NCBI RefSeq assembly: GCF_964204645.1
Contig: NC_134027.1
Location: 15,222,485 to 15,286,484 of the forward strand
Direction: 5' to 3'
DNA from: Tubulanus polymorphus
Taxonomy: Eukaryota; Animalia; Nemertea
DNA: 64,000 nt
How positions within the stretch are numbered: position 1 is the first letter of the stretch; each line of letters starts with the position of its first letter. The translations under genes were made by a program, and so were the position numbers. Positions 62,416 to 64,000 of the stretch are shown piece by piece. The notes beneath the pieces are model-generated. The model had not been told where the DNA came from. It saw nothing but the letters and a program-made list of their open reading frames with translations, and searched no databases.

Positions 62416-62629
62416 TACTAGGGAAAAAAATTTAGGGTGATGAAATCATGATTAAAAAATTTAACAAAGTGACCTAGGTTAGAATTGTTTTCAACACACT
62501 TAGTCGATCTGTTACATCTGAAGTCCAGAAATTGGTCCACCTTATTCGAAAATTGTGGTCAGTGCCAGGTTGGCCATCCATTTTGAATTTCTTATCAGCA
62601 TGATACAGCCTTCTATTTTCGATGGATTT

Positions 62630-63460
62630 TTTTTAGTCCACTTGGGACTTAAGTCCCAGCAGGATATTGCGTTCACTTTTCATCAGTCGTCTGTCTGTTC
62701 GTCCGTAGACAGAATCCAGTTGTTTTGAGAAGTTTTAAAGACACTTGAATGTAATCTACACTAGACTCATCTTCAACCCAAAAACTGGCCAGGTCAGATT
62801 CAAGATTGCCGAATTTGAAGACATTAAATGATCTTGATCTTTCTTATGTATTTGCATCCCTCAAGATGACCATCCTGTCACCTTTTTTGTACCCAAAAAT
62901 GTCAACTTCTGTCAATATTTTCATCTGAGTTCTGTACCTTTCTACTGGTTTGCCATTTCCATTGAAATTCATGATGACTATATTCTTTAGAAAGGGTTCT
63001 TCAATAATGTGACAGGTATTTTTGATCAGCCAATTATCATGCAATTGTTGGCCATCTTGGTGTCATCAGTACTCATTCGTAGGTGGAAAAGTTTTTCCAC
63101 ATTAAATTGATACCTAAGCATATTTTGTTAACACAATCAATTGAAAAAATGTAGTTCATGACATGATTTGATGATTGAGGTGAGTTTCAAGGGCATCGGT
63201 TTTGTAGGCCGATATGGCTACTAGGGGTCGAATAATACAATACATTTAGTATTTCTTTATTATACTCATACCTATGCATATTTTGTTACCACAATCAATT
63301 GCAGAGTTGTAGCTCATAACATGGTCTATGATTTTGGCGAGTTTTGTGGTCATTAGTTATTCTACATGGTCACCAGGAGGCGTTGAATATTGAAATTGTT
63401 AGATTGTTGAGCATTTGAAACTACTTTCTGAGTGGGCATGGTGTCCCTAAACCCCTAGTT
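62630..63460 (+). mobile_element. HINE copy (diverged)
   Basis: Colinear with 60591-61697. Confidence 0.7.
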
Positions 63461-63661
63461 TAACTTAATGTGAGGCTTTGGGCAGGTGTCCACCTGTGTA
63501 AAAAATAGAGGTTATCGACCATGAAATAAGGTGCCAGGTCAGCTAATTGAATTCCTTGTTAGCACGAAACAACCTGCAATTGATGGATTTTGTCAAAACC
63601 ATGTTTAATTGTTTTAACTGATGTATCTTGTAGGAATGTAAAAAAGACGAAGTAAATAACT

Positions 63662-63838
63662 ATGGTTGTTGGGCAAGGACTGTCTATATTAGCTGGAACT
63701 TTTGCTGCACTATCTGCTCTCTTTGGAAAACTTGCAGTTGCTGGACAATTGACAAATCAAGTATGCATGGCTTTTGGTTATTATATGCAAGAAGAATGGT
63801 CCTGGACAGGATTTCTCAGCAAAACTAAGTGCAATTCG
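63662..63838 (+). CDS. TMEM42: Probable host coding exon, TMEM42-like (DMT/EamA-type) membrane protein
   Basis: Acceptor TTGTAG at 63633 and donor GTAAG at 63839. LSILAGTFAALSALFGKLA resembles the recalled TMEM42 N-terminal AGxFxALxxxxxKLA motif. Confidence 0.5.
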
Positions 63839-64000
63839 GTAAGTTTTCTTATTAACTGGACGATACGTTATCAAATAAGATAAAAAATCATTGTTGCATA
63901 TGACAAAAGAAGTCGAAATTTCTCATTTATGCGTTAATTTTCTTTGAAACCACGACACGATAACGGCGAATATTTACACGTTTCTACAAAATACAAGTAT

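Overview
This is eukaryotic genomic DNA, probably from an invertebrate; the Helentron-type interspersed repeats suggest a lophotrochozoan. It is dominated by a cluster of very AT-rich endogenous Polinton/Maverick (adintovirus-like) sequences. Element A (3621-21362) is a composite with two convergent protein-primed PolB pseudogenes, minor and major capsid genes and an HNH gene. Element B (29006-39109) is a fold-back derivative with ~1.65-kb inverted arms, a 6-bp TSD and a nested Zator-like transposon. Element C (39977-50697) is a cleanly bounded Polinton (345-bp TIRs, 6-bp TSD ACAGTG) with pPolB, MCP, an intact integrase and a packaging ATPase. The standout observation is a ~355-aa LAGLIDADG intein inserted in catalytic motif C (YFD|TDS) of element C's pPolB. 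It resembles giant-virus PolB inteins, while two intein-free pPolB alleles lie in the same window. Nearly every viral ORF starts with TAAATG, often after a T-tract (poxvirus-like signal), and the element ends carry asymmetric hairpins. Together these suggest a virophage-like association with a large cytoplasmic DNA virus, which is inference. The rest of the window is solo LTRs, MITEs, Helentron-associated repeats, a Penelope fragment with a hammerhead ribozyme, a Ulp1-like pseudogene and one probable host exon (TMEM42-like). All family assignments come from motif recognition; no searches were run.
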